Assembly (NCBI GenBank): GCA_963718665.1
Contig: OY970359.1
Span: 640,001 to 704,000 of the forward strand
Source of the DNA: an uncultured Phycisphaerales bacterium
GTDB taxonomy: Bacteria > Planctomycetota > Phycisphaerae > Sedimentisphaerales > Anaerobacaceae
Direction: 5' to 3'
Length of the DNA stretch: 64,000 bases
This document shows, one piece after another, positions 28,749 through 38,265 of this stretch (positions are counted from its first letter, which is position 1; every line of letters begins with the position of its first letter). The notes beneath the pieces were generated by a model, which ran no database searches, was not told the DNA's origin, and was given only the letters and a program-made list of their open reading frames with translations. The translations under genes and the position numbers were made by a program.

Positions 28749-28853
28749 CGACCATATTGGTCATAGATAGGCGACAATTATTGTCGTAAGTCATTGCGTT
28801 AGAATGGGACTTCGATGATATGACCACTTTGGCCGGGGGCGACCGAAATGGAA
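28749..28853. promoter_or_regulatory. Four GAC-N7-GTC-type palindromes, candidate upstream activator sequences
   Basis: GACCATATTGGTC (28750), CGACAATTATTGTCG (28772), GACCACTTTGGCC (28822), GACCGAAATGGAA (28841); 100-200 bp upstream of the sigma54 promoter. Confidence 0.6.
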
Positions 28854-29221
28854 CATCTTCCTCACCCCCCTGCTTGCCACGGTGTAGCCATAGGCGAAGC
28901 CGAATCCGCTATATTCTATACGCTGCTTGCCACGGCGAAGTTGAATAACGAAGCCGGGTATGCTGCCTGCTATGCAGGATATTATTGACGAAAGACAAAA
29001 ACTGGGGGATTGGGGGAATCTATTTCCGATTGCAGATTGTAGATTTGAAAATGGGTCCCCTGTTCTTGGCCAAGTAAGCAGCACTCGGGGATGACGCTTC
29101 GCGCCAATTGCGGATTTGGGATGAGGAGGATGCGGTTTTTAGATGTTGAAAAATGATACCGCTTGCGGTATTGTGGGGGCGGGAAGTTGGGGAGAATTGA
29201 AGTCGATGGAGTTATGTAAGG

Positions 29222-32200
29222 ATGGCGAAAACAAAAGCAAATGAGCGGGAATTTGCGGGGCAGGTAATCTCGTGGATAAAAGAGCAGTTGAAAGAAGGCG
29301 GATTGCCTTTTGAGAATGCCACGAATGACTCAAGTTTATATGGATTGCCACGAGTAAAATTCCCTGATGTTTTACTGACACAGGATTTTGAAGGTTTGCG
29401 GCCATTTTGCGGATGGGAATTGAAGACACCGAAAACGGATGCACGTGACAAAATACTTTTGAAGGACGCCGTCAAGAAGGCACAGACGATTGAGGCAAAG
29501 AACTTTGTTACGTGGAATATGCAAACGGCAATAATCTGGAAAACACCCGAGAAAATAAGGGCGACTGTCAACGAGGACGACAAGATTCGAGAATACGATA
29601 CTGATACCCAGATTACGAAAGTCGAAGATATCAGGGACAGACAGAAGGCGGATTGTCTCAGAGAGAGGTGTCGGGAAATAGTATCTGACCTTGGGCGACT
29701 TTACGAGGAAGAGAAGATAAATATACCAGTAGCAGACGCAACGGTTTTCGTTGGAATGGTTGGAGCTGCTTCTGAGAAAATGGCAAGTTCGCTTTTAGCG
29801 GATATAAACAGGGCAAGAGCGAACAGGGAATTTGCCAAGAGATTAAATGCCTGGGCGGCCAAGCAGGGAGTTTCTAAATACGACCAGGATTACTGGCAGA
29901 CACTTTCACAACAGATATCATACAAGATAATAGGCAAAATTCTGTTTTACCTAACCCTTCGACGACAAAACCAAAATCTTCAGAAAATGGCCCTGAATGG
30001 CGACAACTACAAGGCCGCAATGAAACGTATGCGTGCAATGTTTCAGTCGGCATTAGAAGTTGATTATCAGGCAATATTTGAGTCGGACATTACGGACGAA
30101 ATAGAGCTTTCAAGAGATACGGCAGAGGTGGTAATTGACCTTACGGACAAACTAACCCACTGGAGTTTCGAGCAAGTGCCGTTAGACGTGGTGGGAAACG
30201 TTTTGGAAAAGTTAGTGCCGGAGGATGCACGACACAGTTTAGGTCAATATTTTACACCTGACCGGTTATCAGATTTGGTAATTGCGTTTTGCGTAAACAA
30301 TGGCGATGCGAATGTGATGGACCCGACATGCGGAACTGGGACATTTTTAATTCGCAGTTATAATCGGTTGCGGCATTTGGGACTAAAAAGGCAGGCACAT
30401 CACGAATTGCTCAATCAAATTTGGGGGTTTGACATAGCGGGATTTCCGGCGGAATTAGCAACTATAAACCTTTGCAGACAGGATTTGGGCGATTATCTGA
30501 ATTTTCCACGAGTTTTATCAAAGGACTTTTTTGATGTGTCGCCGGGTGAGGAATTTGAATTTCCACCTGCAAAGAAAACGATAAAAGCCGGGGAACGAAT
30601 ACGCGTCAAAATTCCGAAATTTGATGCGTTGGTGGGAAATTTCCCGTTTATCAGGCAGGAACTTATTGAAAAGGTTGAACCGGGATATAAAGACCATCTT
30701 GCAAGAGTGTTGTATAAGAATTGGGGATTGGAATATCTAGATTTATTTCCTAACGTGAAGCAAGAGGGGCAAGGGGAACAGGAGGTAGAACTTGCCCTAT
30801 CGGGACAGGCGGATATTTACGCGTATATGTTTTACCACGCGGCGGCGCACCTTAAATTGGGCGGACGGATGGGGTTTATCACGAGCAATTCCTGGTTAGA
30901 TGTTGCATACGGGTATGAATTGCAGAAGTTTTTCCTTTCGAAGTTTAAATTAGTGGGGGTTTTTGAAAGCAGGTGCGAGCCGTGGTTTGAACAGTCGGCA
31001 GTAAATACTGTTTTCACGATTCTGGAAAGATGCAACGATAAAGAGGAGATAGAAAAGAATCCGGTTTACTTCGTTAAAATGAAAAAACCTTTGTCGCAAC
31101 TTTTCCCGCAGGACGCCTTGACTGATACACAGGCAAGATGGGACGCGATAACAAGGTTTGCGGAAAAGATAGAAGAACTGGGTATTAGAGCAGAGAACAT
31201 TGGAAAGACCGGGTTTGGCAAGAGTAAAGGGTTTAAAAGGTTTGAAAAGATAAACGCCGAATACGTAAAACAGCCGGAGATTGTGTCATACGAAGATGAT
31301 GAAGTTAGGGTGAGGATAATCAAGCAAAAGGGTTTAAAGGAAGAAGTTGAGGCGACAGAGCAGACAGTAAAGTGGGGACAATATCTGCGCGGGCCGGATA
31401 TTTACTTTGAAGTATTGGAGAAGTGCGCAGACAAACTTATACCACTCGACCAAATTGCAGATATTCGTTTTGGGATCAAGACAGGTATAAACGAATTTTT
31501 CTATTTAGATGAAGACCAGGTTAAGCATTGGGGTATTGAAAAGAAATTTTTGCAACCTGTTATGAAATCGCCGAAAGAATGTGATGGAATTTTACTAAAG
31601 CGGACGGATTTGAAACTCTTTGCGTTTGTATGCAATGAAGATAAATCAGAGTTAAAGGGAACGGGTGCGCTGAAATATATCAAATGGGGTGAGCAACAAA
31701 AAACGGAGGAAGGAAGGCCGTGGCCGGATGTGGAAAGCGTAAAGGGAAGGGGAAATTGGTATGAGTTACTGAAAAGAGAGCCGGGGAAATTGTTGCTTCC
31801 AATGATTACAGGGGACAGTTTGCGATGTATCGTAAATGAATGCAATGCTTATGTGGACCACAATCTATTTGAGGTTATTTCGGAAGACAAGGATATTCTC
31901 GCGGCGCTGGGATTATACTTAAATAGCACGGCAGCGTTTCTTAGCAGAGAGTTGACGGGACGGGCTAATCTGGGGGATGGCGCCTTGAAGGTTGAGGGTA
32001 CAGATTGGGAAAGGATGCTTGTCCCGAAAAAAGATGTATTATTAGAATTGGCCAAAGAGGCAAAAGAACAATTTGGAGTACTTTGCAGACGCAGTATCAA
32101 AGATATTGAAACAGAAGCCAAACGACAAGACCGCGTAGAATTTGAGGCGAAAGTTTTGGAAGGGTTAGGACTATCAGGAAAATTTTCAAGTGATATTTTG

Positions 32201-32719
32201 GCAGCGGTAGTCGATCTTGTCGAGGAGCGACATTTACTGCCGAAGATGCGGACAGTGAAGAAAAAGAAACGAATCGAGCATGATTTGGAGAAGTTGAAGG
32301 AGGAGGTTACGGAGGAAATATTGCCGAGCGGAGTGAAGAGATTTCCCAATGCATTTGTTAAAGCAGGCTCAAAGACGGAATGGGAAGAGATAGGGATAGG
32401 GGCAGAGAGGATAAAATTAGGTGAGAGGGGAATAGGGGTGCAGGAGATATGCGACGCAGAGGAGAATCATTTGATGGAGGTGCGGTCGATTGAGAAGGCC
32501 AAGTATATAGTGTATGGGAAGCAAAAAGATGAACAGATAGTAAAGGTGCCGGATAGCGCAATAGTAATAAAGAAGGCGGTAAAAGATTATGAGATTTACG
32601 CACGCCAGATAAAAGAGGAATTATACAGGGCGTTTATGGAGAAGTGCGGCGACCATCCGCTTTCAGAAAATCTAACGATGCAGGTTCTTGAGGAATATGG
32701 TTTACCGGATGCGAGGTGA
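29222..32719 (+). CDS. Type IIG-like fused restriction endonuclease/N6-adenine methyltransferase
   Basis: N-terminal FPDVLL...WELK (PD-(D/E)xK); LGQYFTP, MDPTCGTGTF, GNFPFIRQE, GFITSNSWL; TRD-like C-terminal half. Confidence 0.88.
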   Translation: MAKTKANEREFAGQVISWIKEQLKEGGLPFENATNDSSLYGLPRVKFPDVLLTQDFEGLRPFCGWELKTPKTDARDKILLKDAVKKAQTIEAKNFVTWNMQTAIIWKTPEKIRATVNEDDKIREYDTDTQITKVEDIRDRQKADCLRERCREIVSDLGRLYEEEKINIPVADATVFVGMVGAASEKMASSLLADINRARANREFAKRLNAWAAKQGVSKYDQDYWQTLSQQISYKIIGKILFYLTLRRQNQNLQKMALNGDNYKAAMKRMRAMFQSALEVDYQAIFESDITDEIELSRDTAEVVIDLTDKLTHWSFEQVPLDVVGNVLEKLVPEDARHSLGQYFTPDRLSDLVIAFCVNNGDANVMDPTCGTGTFLIRSYNRLRHLGLKRQAHHELLNQIWGFDIAGFPAELATINLCRQDLGDYLNFPRVLSKDFFDVSPGEEFEFPPAKKTIKAGERIRVKIPKFDALVGNFPFIRQELIEKVEPGYKDHLARVLYKNWGLEYLDLFPNVKQEGQGEQEVELALSGQADIYAYMFYHAAAHLKLGGRMGFITSNSWLDVAYGYELQKFFLSKFKLVGVFESRCEPWFEQSAVNTVFTILERCNDKEEIEKNPVYFVKMKKPLSQLFPQDALTDTQARWDAITRFAEKIEELGIRAENIGKTGFGKSKGFKRFEKINAEYVKQPEIVSYEDDEVRVRIIKQKGLKEEVEATEQTVKWGQYLRGPDIYFEVLEKCADKLIPLDQIADIRFGIKTGINEFFYLDEDQVKHWGIEKKFLQPVMKSPKECDGILLKRTDLKLFAFVCNEDKSELKGTGALKYIKWGEQQKTEEGRPWPDVESVKGRGNWYELLKREPGKLLLPMITGDSLRCIVNECNAYVDHNLFEVISEDKDILAALGLYLNSTAAFLSRELTGRANLGDGALKVEGTDWERMLVPKKDVLLELAKEAKEQFGVLCRRSIKDIETEAKRQDRVEFEAKVLEGLGLSGKFSSDILAAVVDLVEERHLLPKMRTVKKKKRIEHDLEKLKEEVTEEILPSGVKRFPNAFVKAGSKTEWEEIGIGAERIKLGERGIGVQEICDAEENHLMEVRSIEKAKYIVYGKQKDEQIVKVPDSAIVIKKAVKDYEIYARQIKEELYRAFMEKCGDHPLSENLTMQVLEEYGLPDAR

Positions 32720-32977
32720 GAGGTTTCTCAAGTATGTTTTTCGTAGTCGATAAGGGGCGATAGTAGAAGGCAAGAAATAGCGTACAGCGTACAGCGGACA
32801 GCGTGTAGTTGAAGATGGAACTTGAGGTGTCCGAAAAAATCGGACAACTGAAATCGCGATAGTAGAAGGCAGTGATAAGACAGAGGACGGAGGGCAGAGG
32901 GCGAAAGAAGGAATCGTCCGGCGTTAAGTTGTCCATACTTTGTGTACAACTGAAAATAAAGGTGGTAGTTAAGAGGG

Positions 32978-33826
32978 ATGAACCGTATGGAAACGACAAA
33001 AATAGCCATTTTCAGAGGCAAACAGATAAGAAAAACCATTCATAAGGACGAATGGTGGTTCTCGGTTGTTGATGTGTGTGAGGCATTGACTGAAAGCCCT
33101 GATGCCGGAGCGTATTGGAGAAAGTTAAAACAAAGACTAAAAGAAGAAGGAAGTGAAGTCGTGACATTTTGTCACGGGTTGAAATTGGAAGCGCCGGACG
33201 GTAAAATGCGTGATACTGATTGCGCTGACACGGAAGGCGTATTCCGCATTATCCAGTCAATTCCCAGCCCCAAAGCGGAACCCTTCAAACGCTGGCTGGC
33301 AAAAGTCGGCTATGAACGCATCCAGGAAATTGAAGACCCTGAACTTGGAACAAAGAGAACTCGCGCACTATACAAGGCCAAGGGGTATCCCGACGGCTGG
33401 ATAGAGAAGCGTATGCGAGGCATTGCCATCCGCGAGGAATTGACGGAGGAATGGAAAGAACGGGGCGTAAAAGAGGAACCGGAATACGCCATCCTCACCG
33501 CGGAAATCTCGAAGGCAACGTTCGGACTGACGCCTTCACAATATAAACGGCTTAAAGGATTGAAACGCGAAAATCTGCGCGACCATTTCAACGACCTTGA
33601 GCTGATATTCAATATGTTAGGTGAGGCAGCAACAACGGAAATAACGAGGAATAAAGACGCGCAGGGATTTTTGGAGAACAAGGAGACAGCCCGCGAAGGA
33701 GGCGAGGTGGCGGGCAAAGCCAGAAAGGACCTGGAGTCGCGGACAGGCAGGAGAGTAGTATCCCGTAAGAATTATCTGGAGGGACCTCCGGACAGAAAGG
33801 CATTGCCGGAGAAGAACAACCGATGA
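32978..33826 (+). CDS. BRO-N domain / phage antirepressor-like DNA-binding protein
   Basis: IRK..WWFSVVDV, YWRKLKQRL, SIPSPKAEPFKRWLA, ENLRDH. Confidence 0.88.
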   Translation: MNRMETTKIAIFRGKQIRKTIHKDEWWFSVVDVCEALTESPDAGAYWRKLKQRLKEEGSEVVTFCHGLKLEAPDGKMRDTDCADTEGVFRIIQSIPSPKAEPFKRWLAKVGYERIQEIEDPELGTKRTRALYKAKGYPDGWIEKRMRGIAIREELTEEWKERGVKEEPEYAILTAEISKATFGLTPSQYKRLKGLKRENLRDHFNDLELIFNMLGEAATTEITRNKDAQGFLENKETAREGGEVAGKARKDLESRTGRRVVSRKNYLEGPPDRKALPEKNNR

Positions 33827-33939
33827 GCGAGGTTGTTTCGGTCATTTCTGGTATGACCCTGATGTTTGGCGACAAGAGTTAAATCCGTCTGTTTATTTCG
33901 TGGTTGAGATTCTAAAAAAGAGCCGGTATCCTGTCAGCA

Positions 33940-34640
33940 ATGAATAACGATGTCGCATTAGGCCTTGCGTGGTACGTGGTATTCGTCCTGTCGCTGAGCT
34001 TTCACGAGGCGGCGCATGCGTTTGCGGCGATGAAACTCGGCGACAAGACCGCGTATTACGGCGGACAGGTCAGCTTGCATCCGTTTGCACACATGAGGAG
34101 AGAACCCATCGGGATGATTGTGCTGCCGATTATATCGTATATTTTAAACGGCTGGATGATTGGATGGGCGAGCGCGCCTTATGACACCGCCTGGCGCAGC
34201 GCCATCCGAAACGCGAGATAATGATGGCGATGGCGGGACCTGCGGCAAATCTTATTCTTGCTATCGCCGGCGTGGTGATAATCCGAGTGGGATACGCGAT
34301 GGGTTATTTTTCTCCGCCGGCAAGCATCACGTTTTCGCATATAGCTGACGTGGAGAGTGCGGGCTGGGCGAACAGCATAGCGGTAATGACGAGCATACTT
34401 TTTACGCTCAACTTAGTGTTGTTTATTTTTAACCTGTTACCTATACCGCCATTGGACGGAAGCTGCCTTGTGCCTCTGGTTTTGGACAGTGAAAACGCTT
34501 ATAAATACAAAGCCCTTATCAGTCAGCCATCCGTCGCGATTATCGGATTGGTAATCGCGTGGCAGGTTTTCGGTTATATATTTGCCCCGATTCACCTCTT
34601 CGCGATTAATCTTCTCTACGCCGGCCATCACTACGGTTAG
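33940..34640 (+). pseudogene. Site-2 protease (M50), apparent 1-nt frameshift near 34193 (possibly a sequencing error)
   Basis: HEAAH in the first frame; AGPAANL and FNLLPIPPLDG in the next frame. Confidence 0.8.
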
Positions 34641-34715
34641 GCACAAAAGACATTTCTGATTTATGATTTTCGATTGATGATTTTGGGATGCGGATTTCGG
34701 AAGAACAGGACAGGG

Positions 34716-35789
34716 TTACTGTTTTGCGTTTTCGTCGGCTTCGGCGGCGGGGATGCCGAATTTTCCCATAAGGCGATTGAGCTGGCGGCGATCGATGCCG
34801 AGAATTCTTGCGGCGGCGATTTTTCGGCCTTTGGTGTATTCGATGGTCTGGGTAATGACCCTGCGTTTTACTTCATCGAGGGTCGGCAACTGGTCTTTTG
34901 GATAAGAAGGCGAATCAGCTATTATGATTTCGAAAGGCATTACGGCGGGCTGAATTTCGGGGCCCTCAGTGAGGACGTAAGCACGCTCGATGGCGTTGGC
35001 GAGTTCGCGGACATTGCCGGGCCAGGCGTAGCTAATCAGGAGGCGTCTGACGGATTCACTGAATGTCTTGGGCGGCTCGTTGTAGAAGGCCGACTGGTTT
35101 TTGAGGAAGTATTCGGCCAAATCGAGGATGTCTTCTTTGCGATGACGAAGTGGAGGCACCTCAAGCTGAACAACATTGAGGCGGTAATAGAGGTCTGAAC
35201 GGAACGTGCCCTTTTTGACCATATCCTGCAGGTCCTTGCAGGTCGCGCACAGGACGCGGGCATCGACGGGATACGACATAGCGGAGCCGAGGGGCGTTAC
35301 ACGTCGTTCCTGGAGGACGCGGAGGAGCTTTGCCTGAAGCTCGAGGGGAATTTCGCTTATTTCGTCGAGGAAAATCGTGCCGCCATCTGCCGCCCTGAAG
35401 AAACCGAGCGTGCTGTCAACGGCGCTTGTGAATGCGCCTTTGACGTGGCCGAATAACTGGCTTTCGAATAACTGGCCTGTAAGGGTGGTGCAATCGACGG
35501 GAACAAAAACGCGGTGGGCGCGACTGCCTGAGACGTGAATTTGGCAGGCGACCATTTCCTTGCCGACGCCTGTTTCGCCGGTAATAATAACCGGACATTC
35601 GCGGGTGGCAATAGCCCTGATAACTTCCATTACGGAGTTGAACGCGGCGGAACTGCCGAGAAAATGATTATGCGTGCGAGTATAAAATGACTGCGCAGAC
35701 GCAGAATCCTGCTGTCCGTGCTTGCCGCTTCCATTCTGAAAGCTCAGCTCTTTTGCGCCAGGAGGCACCTTGCGCGAACTATCACCCAT
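34716..35789 (-). CDS. Sigma54-dependent enhancer-binding protein (AAA+ plus Fis HTH) without a regulatory domain
   Basis: GETGVGKE, ESQLFGHVKGAFTSA, FLDEI, WPGNVREL, AARILGIDR; only about 40 residues precede the AAA+ domain. Confidence 0.93.
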   Translation of the reverse strand: MGDSSRKVPPGAKELSFQNGSGKHGQQDSASAQSFYTRTHNHFLGSSAAFNSVMEVIRAIATRECPVIITGETGVGKEMVACQIHVSGSRAHRVFVPVDCTTLTGQLFESQLFGHVKGAFTSAVDSTLGFFRAADGGTIFLDEISEIPLELQAKLLRVLQERRVTPLGSAMSYPVDARVLCATCKDLQDMVKKGTFRSDLYYRLNVVQLEVPPLRHRKEDILDLAEYFLKNQSAFYNEPPKTFSESVRRLLISYAWPGNVRELANAIERAYVLTEGPEIQPAVMPFEIIIADSPSYPKDQLPTLDEVKRRVITQTIEYTKGRKIAAARILGIDRRQLNRLMGKFGIPAAEADENAKQ

Positions 35790-36194
35790 TACTTATCGCC
35801 CCATCTCCAGTGCAGACACATTCTCCCCTGCACCGCTGCAAAAACACAATTTTGGCGAGAATACCCTGCGTGAAGGTGAGGGCACTCTCTCCCATTTCTT
35901 CTTCATATCTTATTCTACGTTACTTAAGGAACAAAGTCAAATGAATTATAGGACTTTTTGTTTTTTGTTGCAGAACAAGCAAAATTGGCATGATAGATAA
36001 AATTGGCTTGAGGTCTAAAAGCAGCCCCAAAAACAGCTAACTTGTTTTGCTGCAAGAGGTTACGACTAAAGGTACGGCGATTATTCAAGTGGATGGCAAA
36101 ATAGAGGACAAGCAATGCTATTTTCTAAGCCAAATTCAATATACTACAAAGCCCGTATGAAAACAGTTATTAGGCGACAAAAACCCTCAGCCCC

Positions 36195-38078
36195 CTACTT
36201 GCCAAGCAGCTCAAAGGGGGAAATATAATCCCCGTGCTGCTGGGCGGCGGATTTGAAGCGTTTTCTGGCTTCAGCGAAGGTATCGAACAGGATTTTGGGA
36301 GTATCGGGAACTTTTCCCCGATAAATCTTCTCGACACGGTCGAGTTTGGCGAGATTTTCGGGGACACGAATTGTGAACTGTTTTTCGTAATCGTCTTTCG
36401 TGAACTGGGTTTTGAGATGTTCTTTGAACAGTCGGGCGAGGTCATCATACATAGGTATGAAGCCGGTCGGCGTTTTGATTGCATCGACATCGCCATTGAC
36501 GCGAAGCTCCGCCCAGAGAATCCAGACGAGCTTGTCAGCCATTGTATTCAGATATTTCCCGTCTTTGCCTCTGAGGAAATAATTGACGGAGAAGATGAGG
36601 GGCGGTTTCTTGACGCCTTTGGCAAAGTCGAGATTGATTTGGACATATTTGCCGAGCGGTATCGAAACGAAGTCGAGATTCGACATAAGGTTGAATGTTC
36701 TGACACCCTGCTTGCCGATAGTAGCCGCGGTGGTTTCCGATTCGAGGGCAGCACCTTTCAGGATAATACCCTCGTTCCAGTCAAAGGCCTGTTCAACCGG
36801 ATTCCAGGTGTCACTGTCGCGGCCTCCGTAAACCATACCGCCAACGGAGACGCCATTTGGGTCGTTGAGCGCGGGGTCGCAATTGTCGAGGTCAGGGATG
36901 CTGAGGGTATAACGGGCGTTTTTGTGAGCGGGCGGAATGGGATTGCCCTGGTCATCGGATTTACCGTTGAACCATTCGCCGGAGAAATTGGTGCCTTCGG
37001 GCGGTATTTCACAACCCATACCGAGCCAGTAGGGTTTTTTATGAGCATCAAGGAGGACATTGGAGAAGATGACCTCCATTGGGTTTGTGAGGACCTTGTA
37101 AATGACGGGGTCGTCTTTTGCGCTGACGTCCTGGATGATGCCGAAGATGCCCTTTTCAACGTTGACAGCACGGATTTGGCCGCCTTTTTTGCGGAAATAG
37201 GCGATATCATCTCCGACGATTGTTTGGCCCGGCAACATCGAGGTTGAGGTCTTGCCGCAGGCGGAGGGGAAGGCGCCGGTGAAATAAGTAACGCGCCCTT
37301 TTGGTCCGTGTGCGCCCATAACGAACATGTGTTCCGCGAGCCAGCCCTCTCGTGAGGCCTTCTGGATAGCGAGTCGCAGGGCGAGTTTTTTGAGGCCCAT
37401 AGTGTTGCCGCCGTACTGGGTGTTTACGGAGTAAACCAATTCGTCTTCGAGGTCGATATAAACGCGGCGGAGTTTGTCGTTTTTGCTGATGCCGTTTTCA
37501 AGCTCGCCCTCGGAGTGGAGAAATCTGAAGAAGCCGTGGTTTTCGCCGAGTTTTTTGAACTGCTCGTAGCCGGGGCGATAGAGAAGCGATTCGCTGTGAA
37601 CGACATAGGGCGAATCGGTAATCTGAAGACAGGGGATGGTGAACTCGGAGCCGACGGGACCGAGCGTCCAGAAGCAAATAATCATTTCCCTGCCTGCCAT
37701 CGAGTTTTTGAGGAGGTCGCGGATTTCTTTGGTTCCTGCCTGTTTTTCGACGGATTTGAGTGATTCGCCAAGCGATGAGCCGGCGGGCAGGAGGTATCTT
37801 GTGCTGAAGGTATCGCGTCCCTGGTCGTTAATGCCGTCGAAATGACAGGTGTGGCCCTTAATGTCGAGTGGCATTTCCTCGCCGTTTTTGATGGCAAGGG
37901 CGCGGATATGCGCTACGTCCTCCGGCGAGTCGATGCAGACATAGACGGAAGCCGGATTTGTCAGCTCGATAGCGTCCGCGATAAAATGATGCATCTTAGG
38001 GTGGTCAACCGCAATTAATCGGTCATAGTGTTTTCCTTTAACCCTGTTTTTCAAAATATCTTTTACTTCACCAGCCAT
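36195..38078 (-). CDS. pckG: GTP-dependent phosphoenolpyruvate carboxykinase
   Basis: YGGN, GWLAEHM, AFPSACGKTS, VGDDIA, NARYT. Confidence 0.95.
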   Translation of the reverse strand: MAGEVKDILKNRVKGKHYDRLIAVDHPKMHHFIADAIELTNPASVYVCIDSPEDVAHIRALAIKNGEEMPLDIKGHTCHFDGINDQGRDTFSTRYLLPAGSSLGESLKSVEKQAGTKEIRDLLKNSMAGREMIICFWTLGPVGSEFTIPCLQITDSPYVVHSESLLYRPGYEQFKKLGENHGFFRFLHSEGELENGISKNDKLRRVYIDLEDELVYSVNTQYGGNTMGLKKLALRLAIQKASREGWLAEHMFVMGAHGPKGRVTYFTGAFPSACGKTSTSMLPGQTIVGDDIAYFRKKGGQIRAVNVEKGIFGIIQDVSAKDDPVIYKVLTNPMEVIFSNVLLDAHKKPYWLGMGCEIPPEGTNFSGEWFNGKSDDQGNPIPPAHKNARYTLSIPDLDNCDPALNDPNGVSVGGMVYGGRDSDTWNPVEQAFDWNEGIILKGAALESETTAATIGKQGVRTFNLMSNLDFVSIPLGKYVQINLDFAKGVKKPPLIFSVNYFLRGKDGKYLNTMADKLVWILWAELRVNGDVDAIKTPTGFIPMYDDLARLFKEHLKTQFTKDDYEKQFTIRVPENLAKLDRVEKIYRGKVPDTPKILFDTFAEARKRFKSAAQQHGDYISPFELLGK

Positions 38079-38265
38079 AGTGCCTCCATAGCGTTTTTTA
38101 GTTCAAAAAATCGCAAGAGTATAAACCGCGTTCTTGCAGGCCGTCAACTTAATTTTTTAACAAAATTTCGTTTTTTTAGCCCGTTGTATTTGCCTCGTCC
38201 GCGCGGTAGTATCGTGAAAATAATGGAAAATGGAAACGTTAATGATACGGCCGGAGAATTAAGCG

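Noticed and set aside
23157..33826. Prophage or integrative element at tRNA-His (holin-like, HNH, BRO genes)
   Set aside because: No integrase, structural or replication genes; the only att-like repeat spans just 106 bp
35793..35906. 37-aa upstream ORF in frame with the bEBP, ending two codons before its ATG
   Set aside because: No RBS or domain similarity; not a remnant receiver domain as far as I can see
35975..36000. Sigma54 promoter upstream of the bEBP (TGGCA/TTGC words)
   Set aside because: GG-N10-GC spacing is not met on either strand
36234..37247. 337-aa plus-strand ORF, and many similar antisense ORFs in the track
   Set aside because: Antisense shadows of well-supported genes (here pckG), caused by codon bias
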